Shown one piece after another: positions 12,820-26,560 of a stretch of 64,000 nucleotides of DNA (position 1 is the stretch's first letter; every line of letters begins with the position of its first letter). The notes under the pieces are model-generated. The model was not told the DNA's origin. It was given only the letters and a program-made list of their open reading frames with translations, and searched no databases. The stretch is from Lama guanicoe (taxonomy: Eukaryota): contig MU054187.1 in assembly GCA_013239625.1 (NCBI GenBank), positions 10,933,231-10,997,230 of the forward strand. The letters are read 5' to 3'. The position numbers were made by a program, and so were the translations under genes.

Positions 12820-14800
12820 TATTACAACTGGCTATCTGTTTAAGAGATCTTTTTATTACAAAGGAAAACACAAGTATAGAAAATCACCCAAATCAAATGT
12901 ATGGCTTAATTTCCCAAATTTGCATCCCTTGACACTTTTGTTAACCTTGCCAACTTTCAAACATCAAATATGCCTTTAGGTCTTTTTTAAACTATAGCTT
13001 TCGCCTTCATTTCTTGCATTTTCTTATAATTCTGTTAAAGAACCCTGGCCATTTTGACCGGTACAGTTTTCTGCAGTCTGAATTTTGCTAACTTCGTATT
13101 CTTGGTACAATTCCACATGTTCCTCAGTTCTCTCTATTTTCCTGAAGTTTATCCAGAAACTGGATAAAGCTCCTTTTTGGCATGACTAGAGGAGACATAA
13201 TATCTGGGTGTTTTTCATTTTACTATCTTAGCAGCTATAAATGCTTAAGACCAGTATCTATTTATTCGTTGGTAGTTGCAAAGTGGTAATATTTTAATTC
13301 TGTCATTTCTTTTGAATTTATTTGTTGGGATAGTTTTGCTTAGAGACCCTTTTGACCAGTGACAAAGACTCCTAAGTTCTCCTAAGAAAGGCAGCATACG
13401 TGCCTGATTTCTCTTCTTCATTTGCTAGTTTTCAAAATAATGAAAAGGTTACCTATTAACTTCTGAAGATAAACAATTCTTTATTTAAACCTATTTGGTA
13501 GGTTTCAACTCATGGCAATGATCATCGTTGCTGAAACTCGGATTTTTCCATCTCTGGAAAAATCGTGAGCGCTTCATGTTTGTTTGTGGGTCATCTCGCT
13601 GTGCCCCTGCTAGGCTCTGGTAGCATCCTTGCTATTGGGCAGCACAAGATGTAACAGCTAATGCTGTACATATCCTGCCCCAAATATGCAATCAGCCCAT
13701 TTTTTTTTCTTGGAACAGTCTTTGTTTGTTTTAGTGAGAAATGATATTTCAAGACCACAATCTGGACACCAGGGATGCTCAGTGCTGCTGAGCTGGTCAC
13801 TATTTCCAGCCCATTGAGTGGACAGTTAGTTCACTTTGACACTTTCAATTCAAATTAAAGAATATCAAGACTTAAATTTAACCCCTTTTCTTATTATATC
13901 TCTTTTTCTTCCATATCAACAATTCTGATTCTCAATGAAAAAGGTGATATTGGAAAATACTCCATAATAACTCATTTGCTTTATTTCGTATTACATACAG
14001 CAGTCCTAGGATGAAAATATCAATCCATTTACCAATATAAATACTGAAAATAACGACATGGACTTTCTCTGTTCTCGTTCAGCTTTTTTAATAGTTATAC
14101 CAAGGCCGCATTGTCAGAGTATGTAGCCAATGCATAATACCGTCCTGCTTTTCAAGTGTCATGTGGTCTTAGGACAGGTAACTTTATAGTTAACACTCAC
14201 CATCTGTTCTTAGAGCTAGGCATTTGGTTTCCAAAGCTCATTCTCCATTAGATTACTGGGCTCACATTTTCTTTTTTTCAGTATCTAAAATATATTACTT
14301 CATTTTTCTTCTGTCATAAATCACTGCTGTGAAAGTCTAATGATAATCTGAATATTTTCTTCTTATAAGTCATGTGATATGTTTTTCTCGATGTGACCAA
14401 AGTACTTTTTTCTTTATTAGCAATAAATTTGCTGGGGCATATCAGTCTGGCTCACTATTGCCAAGTATGCAGTGCAATATGTAATTTCTTTTATCATTAT
14501 TTCAGGAAAGTTTTCTTGAATTATAACTTTTTGCATCAACTCTTCCCTTGCTTTTGCTTTCTGCCTTAAGGTCTCCTGTTTTCTATATATTTCATCTTCT
14601 CCACCTGTCTTCAATTTTTATCACAGTCCCTAAAATCCTTTCTTAAAAATATCTTTCTTAATTTCTCTCTGATTTAAAAAAATTTCCCTCTCATTCATCT
14701 TCTTATTCTTTTCAGGCATTATCTGTTGTGTTTATTCTTGTGTCCCTTCTATTTTAATGTTTATGTCTGAAATTTAAAAAAAACTTCTTTGCTAAACTCT
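12820..14800 (-). mobile_element. Old L1 (L1MC/L1MD-like) fragments
   Basis: T-rich degenerate L1 3'-region motifs (gatatttcaagaccacaatctggacaccagggatgctcagtgctgctg), followed by body fragments. Confidence 0.6.
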
Positions 14801-15127
14801 ACATCTTATATTTTTAAGAGGCCAATTTAAAGTATTTCCACTTTTCAGTACTGCGAAAATAATTATTCATAGCAGTAGGTTAGCAAAATAGCAAAAATGT
14901 ACTTACTAATATATAGTTTTCATATTTCAAGGTGAAAGTTCTATTCAATAACTACTTACAAATCTTCAGTAATCAGCGATTTCTTCAGTGTGTTTATTGC
15001 ACAAACATCCAATAATATCTACTTGCTGATTTTAAAAGTGAGATAGCACTCTCATCCTACCATTTATTAGCTTGATTATTTGTGTAAGCTCTGTGTCGAT
15101 CCAGAGCAATGTAAGATCTACGAATCG

Positions 15128-15620
15128 TTTGTTTGTTCATTCATTTATTCATTCTTCAAATACTCAGTTTCATCTATATTGCCAGGCCCTGTAGTGGGAT
15201 TTGGGAAGTAAAAATTAATAAAAACAATTTTTGCCCTCCAACAACTTAGAGTAAAACAGGAGAGAGAAAGTAGCCAGTGACCATAACAGAGGACGATATG
15301 TGTTTTGGTAAAGACGTGCACACTGTCAAAGGGGCATGTGAAGATCTGAGTGATGGGGCCAGGGGAGGAGGCAGGAAGAGCAGCAGGTGGGTGGATCAGG
15401 GAAGGTACACACATTTACAGGGTCACAACACTGCACTTTACAGTTGCATAGTTCTTTGAAGTTTGCAGTACTTTTTCGCATTCACTGTCCCACGTGAAAT
15501 AATCCTGTGGGTCTGTTGTCCACGCTTTATACATGAGGAGTCCCAGCTTCAGAAGGAAAGTTGTGACTTTCCAAGATCTTATAACTGATAATTTGCTGCA
15601 TTGGCACAATGAATAGTTTA
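15128..15620 (-). mobile_element. L2 3' end followed by a MIR relic
   Basis: ttcattcatttattcattcttcaaatactcag...gccaggccct, then a MIR-like tttatacatgaggagtcccagcttcagaaggaaagttgtgactttccaag. Confidence 0.6.
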
Positions 15621-17999
15621 AGGTCAAATGGATTTTTTTTAAGTCAATTGAACAAAAAATAAAAAATAAAAAGTTACTTGATCAGTAACATATATCTCAG
15701 TCTATTTTATGTCATTGCAATTAAAAAGGATTATACCAGCCATCCAGTCTACAGTCCCACCCTCTCATTTTGTCTCTTCTCTTATTCAACATCCATTGAT
15801 AAAAATTACCACTGTCCCAAACAGGGAGGCTCTCATTACTGGTTTTGCACTCTCATTTTTTAACATAGGAAGAAAAGAATAAAATGATTTTTTTTTTGCA
15901 ACTGAATAGTAACTTTTCAGAAAATAACAAGGAACACTAAAATACCTTAAATTGTTTAAAATGTAGCATTGTTAGTAATAGTCATTAATTTCACAATTGC
16001 TTCTGCCTTTTAAAATTCTTCTAAGGTTAGCCTCTAAGGCAAGGGCATTGTCCCTGAAGAAAATATTTAGCTAAACATGAGGAAATTGGGGGAAAAAATG
16101 TAACTTGTTTTCATTTTAATTTAAAAGTTGGTTATGCGCAAAGGGATTGAGTATTATTAGGTCCTTTCTGAGCGGCCAGATGTGGCTCTGATCATGCCTC
16201 AGGTTGCCGATACCTGGTAGACGTGACCTGTGAGAACAGTGGAACTTAAGGTAGAGTAAGATCATAACACCTTTCTTTAAAATGCTACTATCGTTTAGCC
16301 CTTATTAATGCTACAGCAGTCAAGTACTTTCTTTATTGGATAAAAGTGTCATTGTCAGAGAAAGAAAGTCAAAGTCTTCACTGGTGCTGTATTTGTTCGT
16401 AAGATTGTAAGCAAATTTTCAGAACAAGAATTTTCAACGATATGAAAAGACATTGAGGCCAATTAGAAGCAGCACCTGTTCATACGTGTAAGTCTGAAAG
16501 CAAGTGTAACGCTCAATTTAGTGGCTACGTAGATGATCTAAAAGACTCCTGAACTTTCCACAGATGTCTGAGTTTCTAAAGTATTGCCCCAGATTTTTTA
16601 CTAATTGGAAATGGATCACTGCCTATTCTCTTCGTATCAGTAGTTGCTGCCTATCAGGTTTGCTGGAGTGTGGAGAGCTGAACTTCAATCTCTGTATCAT
16701 CTGTCACAAATTCAGTAACCCTGTGTAATAATACAATTAGAAAGCACAACATATAACCATTATATTAGCAGCTATATGACAGGAAATTATGGTATAAAAT
16801 TAGGGAACGACACGATGTTGTTATCTCTACATCTCAAAATGCAGCGCAGTCTCTGTGCATGGTGGAGTGGGCGGTCTTCACGGGGAGGCTTGTGGTTTCA
16901 CGCCTGGGCCCTCGCACGAAATTCTCCGTCTGCCTGGTGTGCATCCTTCTCCTCATTCAGCCCCATCATCTGGCTAATGGTCTTTAGGACTAAGCTTAAG
17001 AACGGTTTCCTCAAGTTTTAATCCCTCTGCTCTGTCTTCCTCATTTTATGTGCAGTGGCTACAGCAGTTCCCAGCACATGGAAGTTCTCAGAACGTGCTC
17101 GCTAAATGAATGAAAGGTTAGGCGCCTTTTCCTCCTGTTTATCCCCTTAACACCTTGGGCTTGGGGCCAAGTAACTTTTGCTCTCTATTCTAATGACTTG
17201 CATATCTGCTTTCTCAAGGTGAATTTTTTGTGGTAGAGATGAGTTCTTATTTACTTCTTTGTCCCTAAGCCTTGCAATTATGTGGCCCACAATAGGTGCT
17301 TTCTAAACCCTTAGGAAATAAATAGTGGGCAAAGTGTGATGGGTCCCGTGGGTTCAGAAGTGCCGCGGCCATTGTTGTGGAGTCCATCCTCCTGTGGGTT
17401 CTGAGTGCCCCAGGTACTTCTCAAGAAGGTGCCCTGTGTGTCAAGATTATTGCTTAGTTCCACTGGTGAAAGGTGGGGAAAAAAGAACACTCTGGTGGCT
17501 GGTGGAAGTAGGGTTCTCATGGGACTGTCTCTCTCGGGAAATTAATAGCAGAGGTCTTAGCCATAAAATGTTTGAGAATAAACGTAGTCTACATGCAAGT
17601 GCAGGTCTGTATGCATTTTGTCTCAAGATTAGTAAGAGGTGAACGGGAAATACCCACTGAATGAAACAAGAGAAGCCTGGGAGGGTGGAAGATGGTGATG
17701 GATTTAGGAGAGTGTGGGTCTAGTCCCAGCTCTGTCTCTGGGACACTCCATGTCCCTGAGAGTGTGTCCTTCACTGGAGAAGAACCAGCGGAGTGAGGAG
17801 AGCCTTTGTCTCTTACAGCCACGCCCCCATGTCGTGCGTTAAGCAGTAATCATATCGGCCTCTTTTTCTTTCTTTCTCTGAGCTTATGATATATTTTGTA
17901 CTTCACATTCAAAACATTTTCATCTCAACTGTTAGTTATATTAAGATTCATAATAAGTGAAACCACATTTCAGGAAATACCTTTTCTTCTCTTCTTTTT

Positions 18000-18001
<2 letters not shown>

Positions 18002-18038
<37 letters not shown>
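18002..18038. repeat. Poly-T run (37 nt)
   Basis: Seen directly. Confidence 0.95.
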
Positions 18039-18039
<1 letters not shown>

Positions 18040-19875
18040 AGGCATAGTTTCCATGTATCCTGCCCTTTCTCTCCTTCACACGCCCCGGGCTGCCTCCTTT
18101 CTATCCCCTTTCTTCTCTTTGTTTTTCAAGGGAAATTGCATTTGGGGATTTTTGACTCATTTCCAGGTGATAACCAAAATATTATATTGTTAGAATGACT
18201 TGATATTTAAAATGCCGGTTCTTTAAAACTAAGGAAAGGATGGCTGAGGTCGATAGCTCTGTCCTTTGGACGGGGTTTTAGTTCATCAGCGCCACCCGTG
18301 GGAGAAGGAGGGGACCAGGTTTCAGCAGGACCATGTTGGAAATGGGGAACCTGGGACAGACATGTTGAATGAAGCCTCTTGGCGGGGCCATCTCTCCCGG
18401 TCCCAAGACTCAGAGATCCTGACGTCTTGTTCTTTGCTTTGTTCCCTTGGCTCTGTGCCACATTTATAATCTCTGCAAAAGTGTGTTTTCTCTGTGTTCT
18501 CCTCCCAGACTCCTTCCCTTCGTGCTCCTCATTCATCAGGGCCACCATGTCAGTGGTTTATGAAAGGCAGCCACAGCCAGACTCCAATCTGTGTGGCCTT
18601 GAATACAAACGGTGTGGTGTAGGTTGCTCCTTGTCTACGGTGCAGATACTGGAAAGGACCTGGCACTGTGGGGAAGAGACAGCCTGTCAAGAGGTCTGGT
18701 GACTCACAGTGCTGTCGCTACATCTGATCGTCAAGAAAGCCCTCAGTCATCACCAGGTCTTAGCATCACACGGCAAACGGTCCAGACACGTTGGGAGAAC
18801 CACTGCCCTCCAGACCCAAGGAAACAAATCACTGCCATCAGTGAGCGCGCAGGGGCTGCTCTGCAGCGTGTCACTGTCGCGCTGCGAGCCCTCAGACACT
18901 GGCCCTTCCGGAACACAGCTCTGCAGCGCCAGGCAGCTCACCACCTCGTTCCCCCCTCGCAGCACAGGCAGTGGGGAGGGATTACTGGCACGAAAGGACC
19001 AGTTCTGTCCCACAGAAAAGCCGCACTGGGAGAGCCCACAGCATTCCTTCTAGACTAGTTGTCCAAAAGAGGGGAGATACTACAGCAAGTTCAACTACAA
19101 AAAGCATTTTATCTGAAATAAGTTTCCAGCCCTCTCTGTATGCTTTGAGTTAAATTCCTCTCAGTTTGGGGGATTTATATGGATTTGATTTTTCCTAATA
19201 GTTTATGTTTTCGTTTAAGTAAATGTAACTATCCTATCTTTTTCACTATCTTATCCATTGAAAAATCCCACAAGCTTGGACGCATTTGGAAATATTTAAA
19301 CTACAGCAGATTCATTTTTTGCCAGTGGAAACCAGGATTTGCGAAAAAGCGTATGACCACATCCGTGATTTCTACGTTTTTAGGAATCCCAGCACTTTAG
19401 TCCTAACTTGATTTTTGTTTGGAAATTAATTTTTTTAACTCTCTCAAAGTCATTTGGAGTATACATCACAATTTTTTTTCTTTACCAAAGTGTATTTAAT
19501 TTTTTATTTTTAAATTTTCAAGATAGGCAAATGTCAGAGTTGAGTCCAGTCTCAGCAGTGCCTTGTTTGGCTCCTGGACTGTAAGCCCTTCAGTCAGCCG
19601 CCTCTCCTCAATTTCTGTATGTATCAGAATTGGCCTGAGGCTGTCTTACCCTCAAGCTGTAGTGAAAAACCAATCAAGTAAGATCGTGTATGTGAGAGCC
19701 TTGAAAAGTTAAAAAGGAGGGTCCTTGAAAAGTTGTAGAAATAAATGTAAGCTTTATTCACACTTATTTAGTTACCTTTTAAACACATATGGTGTCTTAG
19801 AATTTATCATTTCATGATCTCTCAGAATTTATTTCCAAATGTCTCTGGCATGAAGTATAAAAATATAACTTTTCC

Positions 19876-19980
19876 TAACTGAATCACTTTGCTGGACATC
19901 TGAAACTAACACAATATTGTAAATCAACTACACCTCAGTAAAATGTGTGTGTGCATATATGTGTGTGTGTGTGTGTGTGT
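19876..19980 (+). mobile_element. Extremely 5'-truncated L1 3' end with a (TG)n tail
   Basis: actgaatcactttgctggacatctgaaactaacacaatattgtaaatcaactac is the L1 terminus; it is flanked by aacttttcc(t/a)aact direct repeats. Confidence 0.75.
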
Positions 19981-20634
19981 ATAAAACTTTTCCAAACTAA
20001 CAAGTTGTTTGACAGTTTTGACCACCAATGTTTAGATGGGTTTGCAGTATATATTTAATTTGATGTTTTAAATTTCAGTGATTTAAAATCTCAGTGATTA
20101 CTGGCATTCAATGAGATGCTAGTGAAAGGCACAAATAATGGAGAATTTACTAATAACATACAAGTAAGGTGAGAAAGACTGGTTATCAACATCTGGGAAA
20201 GGGCAGGTTAACGGCCTGTGCTCTTTCCATAAGTATTTTTAAGTCCTTGTGTTAGGTCTTCACACAGAATTACTGAATCCAGAATTAGTGGCTTTTTTCT
20301 TAATCTAATTTGAAGGGCACATTTATAAAGTTAATAACAGAAAATCTTATGCTGCTCATTGAGCACTCTGTCCTAGGATTTAGTTAGCTACTCTAGCTGG
20401 TTCTTTGTTTATGTGACCTGAAATCCACCTAAAAGATATACTATTGCCTTGAAAAAATTATCGCCTCCTTGAGAGTAAGAATTTGGCAAATGAATACCAC
20501 AGGTATCCCCTGAGATGGGGGGTGGGTAGTAAAGACAGGGCGTTGCTCCAGGTCGCACTGCTCTGCAGTGACTCTTCTTTCTTTCTCTCTCTCCTTCTCC
20601 TGACTTTTTCTACCTCTTTCCTCTTTGCCTCTAG

Positions 20635-20682
20635 GGAGAAGCCTCCAGTGGAGGACAGTCATTGAAAAGCTACATGGAAGAT
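20635..20682 (+). CDS. C8orf34: C8orf34 orthologue internal coding exon (48 nt, GEASSGGQSLKSYMED)
   Basis: Long polypyrimidine tract ending ctag|GGA and donor GAT|gtgagt; phase 0-0. The peptide matches my recollection of human C8orf34 GEASSGVGHSLKNYMEE and joins the next exon in frame. Confidence 0.93.
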
Positions 20683-22204
20683 GTGAGTGTTCAGGTGGCC
20701 TTGAAGCACAGTCTGAGATCAGCCTATCATGTAGGGTGGAACACTTGGGCATTCTCCATCTGCCTGTCTATACCCGTCCACTGGTCATGCCCACAAAAAC
20801 GAGGCAGTAAATAATAAGTTATCAAAATGCTTTTTGTTTCTCCTCAGTAGGGAGATACTATATATTAATTCATCTTGAAATGGAAGTAATGCTGTATAAA
20901 CCTAAGGCTAGCCTATATTTTCACTCACAAACATTTGTTGATGTCCTAATAAATGGGAAACACATGTTTTACATTGGCCATGCACAAAAAAGTAAGGCAT
21001 GATTATTGCTCTCATAGAAAGAATAATCTGTACCAAATTGGCATTCATTCATGTGACAGTTGCTCACCAAGGATGTTATTTGTGCAAGCCATTAAGCACA
21101 GTGCTATCTCTTGACATTAAAAATGTATGGCAGATTCTTGTTGAAAACCCATTTAGACTCCTGGATTTATTTTGGAACTAACCAAGGGTGCTCTGTGTCA
21201 CAGGATGTGTCTTTGGGATGTCTGCAAACTGTATTTGGGAACTCTCAGATAAACCAGTGGACAGATTCCATAAAACTTGGTCTGAAGCCAAACCACAGTG
21301 GTTACTAAATTAGTCCTCTGAATCTGTTGCAGGTGAAGGAAACTGGGAAACAGTTTGGTGATGATGTCATAGATGTAGCAAATATTTGGTTTGAATTTTG
21401 CTTCTCAGCAAGACAGAATCTGTTTCTCTAAATATTTTATTCTTGCATGCATGGATCCATTCAAAAACCATTTTGAGTGGCCTACTGGATGTAGTAGGTA
21501 CTCCATATATGTATTCAGAACAGTGCACTCATACTTTAATTCACTCTTACTTCCAAATATCACTTGGAGAAGAAAGTCAGAGTTCATAGCACCCCTTTAA
21601 GTCTCTAACATCGCTGGGTTGCATCCTTGTCTGGAGGTAACGTTTTGCAAAAGGCACATGGAGAAATGGTAACAGAAGAAAAATGGAAGTAACTAGGTAC
21701 ATGTTCTCAGTTCAGGTTAGAAAAATCAAAGTATATAGGGCAAAAGTTGGATGGTTGGTGTGCCGACTTTAAATTTCAATTTAATGGATCTGATGCAGAA
21801 ATTAAGAAAAATACATTAAAGCAATTAATGTAGCTTTATGTGTATACCAACAGAACCTCCCTTTAGGATTCTGTGGTCGCTCCAGCCCTTAGCTCAGCAT
21901 TCCCCTACTTGGTAGTAGGACTGCGGGTCACCTCCACCAAAAGGGTGCTTAATACCCTTTGTAATGTGTCCTTTATAAGCCTAGTACTGTAGGGGAAGGG
22001 TGCTGGCACAGTAATGGACTCCATACACAATAGAACTTTACAAATAAGTCATTCTAATTTTGTGGTTCTTATCCAAGGAAATGACTCTTATTTTCTCCAT
22101 CATTACACATGTGCAATCTGAACGTGCTATGTTGTATGCAGTTGCAAATTCTTAATGTGATAAGGTTGGGAATTGGTGCCTTTTCTTGAGAAGTGCTGGC
22201 AGGG

Positions 22205-22368
22205 CATTGCTCCTCAGTGTGGTGCCCTGACTAGCAGCGTTAAATGACCTGAGGGCTTCTAAGCAATGCAAAACCTCAGGACTCATGCCAGATCCAAAGA
22301 ATCCAGATTTACATTTCTAACAAGAGCCCTGTGTGATTCATAAACATTCTAAAGTTTGAGAAGCACTG
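22205..22368. mobile_element. MER5-family DNA transposon relic
   Basis: tttctaacaagagccctgtgtgattca...aaagtttgagaagcactg. Confidence 0.7.
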
Positions 22369-23847
22369 CCCCAAAGTGTTCTTTCCAATGCTATTTCCAG
22401 GAAGGAAATGCATATATCACAGAAAATCTGCAATTTTGTATAGCGTAGGGAAAGGGGAAACTTCTATTAATAAATACATGAGTTTTATTGATTCATTTAC
22501 TCTCAAGAATAATATTTTTAGTTGACTAGGGCATATAGTCTCTCTAGCTTAAGAGTCATCAGTGACTTTCAGTTTGAATTTGGGAGTGTGTGTGAGCTGC
22601 CCAGGAGAAGCCCTGCCACTCTAGGGGTTCAGTGTCACGTAGTATTTTTGATCTAATATTGGTTGATATTTAGATTTTAGCTCTTTTTTAAACCAAGAAT
22701 GATCATCCTTTACAGAAAAACTAAGCATGATCTTAATTAATGAACTATTAACTTATTAATAGTTAGTTTCTTTTTGTAGACATTAATCCATTTGTTCTTT
22801 GGGAAGTGTATATTCAAACTCTCCTCCATTGCCAGTGCTAACACGTTAAGAATGTGAGCCATAAAATGATAGTTTTTGTTTTTCTCACTTACACTCTTAT
22901 TTCACTTTTGCCCCCCTTCTTCATGTTAGTAGAATCAGCAAACAATAAGGAATAGTATTTATAAATGTTAGAAGCATTGAAGTTAAGTGATCCAGCAAAC
23001 ATTTGCTTTTATTTAGTACACACTAAAACTCAAATAAACCATAGAGTTTACATTTTTATTGTATTTAACATTTCTTGCTAAAGTTTGAACAGCTCTTTGC
23101 AGATCAAAGTCTCTGTATTTTTTTTAATTTAGTCTTATAATTAGACAGAATCATAACCACATGATGTCAGACAATTCTGTTTAGACCTAAATCAAAACTA
23201 AGGAGACTATACGGTCTGTTCTAAAAGTAAAGTTAAGATAAAACTTCTGTTCCATAGTTTCTATTTTTTAATGTATTATTTTTCCAGATAGGATTTATAT
23301 TTTTGACCAAATCAAAAAAGGAGATTTTTTTATAATAGTTTACTTCTGTTAATCCTCAAAATGTTTCTAACATTTTTTAAAAATTACGTGTTTTTTACAT
23401 GTAAGGTATTTGATAACTCAAGGTAGGAACAAAGGTTTCACACTGCAAAAATTTTAACAGTTAGAATTATAACAGTAACATTCACTCAGAACATACATGT
23501 ATACATAACGATTTAAAACAACTTATCAAAATCAAGTACTTGCAAAGCTTGCTATACCTTTTGTAGAGACACTATTCCATTTAAAATATCATATTTCCCA
23601 GATAACTAACTGGGAAGTAGCATAGTGTACTGGTTAAAAATTCCCTAATTATTAGAGAAATGTATTGATTTGCGTATCTATTCATCAGATAAGTATTGTC
23701 AATTTAAATGGTTGAGAAACTATAAAGAACTAAAAACTGAAGGCAACAATTTTTTAAGCTTTTTCACGAGCAGTTTAAAGCAGTTCCTCACAGTTTCAGG
23801 AAGTCAGCTGAAGGCCGGAGGCAACATACAGAGGAGTCTGAACTAAC

Positions 23848-26560
23848 TCAGGGCGCCAAGTGGCAGCTTCACAGCCTCCGAGGGTGTCAGACGAGAAAGG
23901 AAGCATGTTAAGCACACAGGCCTTCTCAAATCTGTTGAGGCTGGTTTTGCCAGCTGTATCATCTGAACTGGAAAGGGGATCAATTTCATGCAATGAAATA
24001 TCTTAGAATCACTTTTCATGCCAATTTTGGCCTGTCTTTTCCTCCTGCGGTGTATTCTGTGATCCTTCGTGTAATCAAGTTCCAACTCTACTTCTGAAGC
24101 AGAGTGCACGACACTATTTCCTATAGTAAATAAGAGATAATTTACATTTATCATGCACAGGGATTTACTTTTTAAAAATTGAAATTGCTGTTATTCAGTA
24201 TCATAGTTTTATTCCACTTAGGAAACTTACCAAGCAAGGATTTTTTTTAAGGAAACCCTGAAATTGATACATGTTGTTAAAGGCAATTTTTGAAAAAATT
24301 ATAATTACATGGCTTTCATACAGATAAAAAAATGAACATGTCAAGGATTTATTTAATTCGGTAATGAATGAGGAAACCAGTAAGATGTTACAGCCAGCTC
24401 AAAGGAGAACTCGAACCCGCACAACACATAGTCAGATAAGGACTGCTGAAATAACATTATAAATAGATGTAAAAAAATGGCAAAACTGATCAATATGCAT
24501 AGATTGATAATCAGTTGCATTCAAATAGTTGCAGTTTGCACTTATATGGCCAAGAATTATTTACACTACTATACATTTCTGTAAGTCACATAGCTATAAA
24601 ATAGCTCAAAATCAATGAGAGACTCAGAGCTTCCATAGAATCAGATAAATGGAAGGGCTTGCTAGAAAAATAACTTGTTTTTCAGTGACGGACCAGTCAC
24701 CTTTTGTTAATTTCAGAGCCGTTACAACTTCATCCTACAATTTCCTTGGAGAGAAAAAAACCACAAATGGAATTTAAGAAATAAGATGGAGGGCAGTTGG
24801 AGGGCAATCCCAGTGCACAGTTAAACACAGATAAATTTGTTTAGCAGCTTGTGTTTATTTTGTAATGTTTTTCACAATCTATTATATTTTTGTAATTTCA
24901 TTATCTACTCCCTTTGTTTTCTTTTTCCAGATCCTGTTCATTCAAACTTACATTTTCTCAAACTTCCTTCTTCTTTTGTTTAAATTGCCCTTTTATATAA
25001 TATGCAAAAGAAATAAGCTACAAAAATATAATTCACTAAAAAATTATGGACCTGATAATACTAGCCAATTCATTAACAGAGTTATTTCCAAACTTTATTA
25101 AGTATGTGAATTATGTAGGGAGAATTTCATTTTAACAGAAGTGTAGACTTAATTCTTTGTCAGTAGAATCAGTTTATTTAAATGTCCATGGAGTGGAGTA
25201 TAATTCTATTTTTCTTTATTTGCAGCATACTTTAGGGATCAGTCCCTATGGTTACAGAAAATAAAACTAATTAATCCTTTTTGAAAGATGGAAACTGATG
25301 GGCTGTGTATTATTTTCATTCTTAACCAAAGGGAAAGAAATATTTAGTTGCCTCAGAATGAAATTATCCAGTGGTGAAAGTCTTTAGCAAAGAGCATTTT
25401 TTTTTCTCTAAATAACCTGAAGTTCCATGGCCACACATGACATCAATCACTGATTGACTGCATTTAGAGAATCTAAAAATAAGCTATCCATGTGGAATAA
25501 CAATACTGCTGGAGTTTATAAAGCACTTATTCTGTTAACAGATAAAATGATATGTTGATACAGGGCTGGTGACTGTTTTCCATATGAGACATGTCACTAT
25601 TTCCCACCACTCTTGGTCCCTGGACATTTGCGTACTTACGGTGAAAGTGTTTGAGAAAAAGGATGAATGGCATTTCTTCTAAAAGCAATCCAAAGAACTT
25701 GCTCTTGGGAATATGAAACAGTTTGTACTATACTCAGACACAGTTTAATATTCCTGTAGAAAAATTTTTGAATAAATTGGCAAAGAGGAACATGTCAAGT
25801 TGTTTTTAAAAATGTTCACAATTTTAGCTCCTTGACCCTATCAAAAAGAATTATAAGTAGTCTGGTCGGCTGAACTTAAGACATGCATAGTATTGCCTGT
25901 TGGCATTGATAAAACAAACAGGTGCATTATATTACTAACTGTATTCAAGGGAAAACCAAAGTAAACCATTTAAATGATCTATTAATAGCAATATTTATAC
26001 TGTTTCTATGATTCCAGCAACTCAACATTTTAAAGTTCTTCCCAAACTACATATTTTATAAGCTAATGTTTCATTTGTACTTTATGTAATTTGCAATAAA
26101 CAAAGAACAGCTTATCTGTTCAGTAGTGAAGTCATTAAAACCAGAAACCTATCAGTAATTTGACTAATATTCTGAACTATTGTGGAAAAAAGTAACACAT
26201 TTGACTTGTTAGTCGTATCTTTGCTTAGGAAGACAGGTTTTAGTATTTGGGCCAAAAGCTAAATAATCAAAATACTTTTTTAATTAAAAACATTTTTTCA
26301 TGATCACTTTAAACTTTTCTGTTTTAAATGAAGAGTTCTGCCATTTGATTTTACCTTATAAAACCAAAAAGATCATTTTTTCATATTTCTTCTTTAAACA
26401 TCAGAGTGTGCATGTTCTATTTTTGGAAAAACTGCAAGAATGTGATTTCTCTGCCTGTTACATGAAAATTTTTCAAATTTTACTTCTGTTGTTCTCTATA
26501 CTCTTAGGGAATTTTAAAGCCAAGATTTTTTCACATTTACGCTGCTTCTGGAGTATAGCC
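23848..26560 (-). pseudogene. Candidate antisense spliced gene relic (exons 26560-26541, 25678-25640, 24744-24701, 24120-23848); product unknown
   Basis: All four segments are AG/GT-flanked and their phases chain (0-2, 2-2, 2-1, 1-1), giving about 125 codons with a single TAG. No homologue recognised. Confidence 0.45.

Noticed and set aside
17896..18198. 100-aa hydrophobic poly-Phe ORF
   Set aside because: Produced by the poly-T run, with a non-ATG start.
18207..19153. Stack of overlapping 60-148 aa ORFs
   Set aside because: Explained by locally high GC (few stop codons); there is no coherent splice or protein signal.
23760..24050. TGF-beta-like mature domain after RRRKR
   Set aside because: The cystine-knot Cys spacing is absent in frame; the frame with superficial W/CC similarity has many stops.
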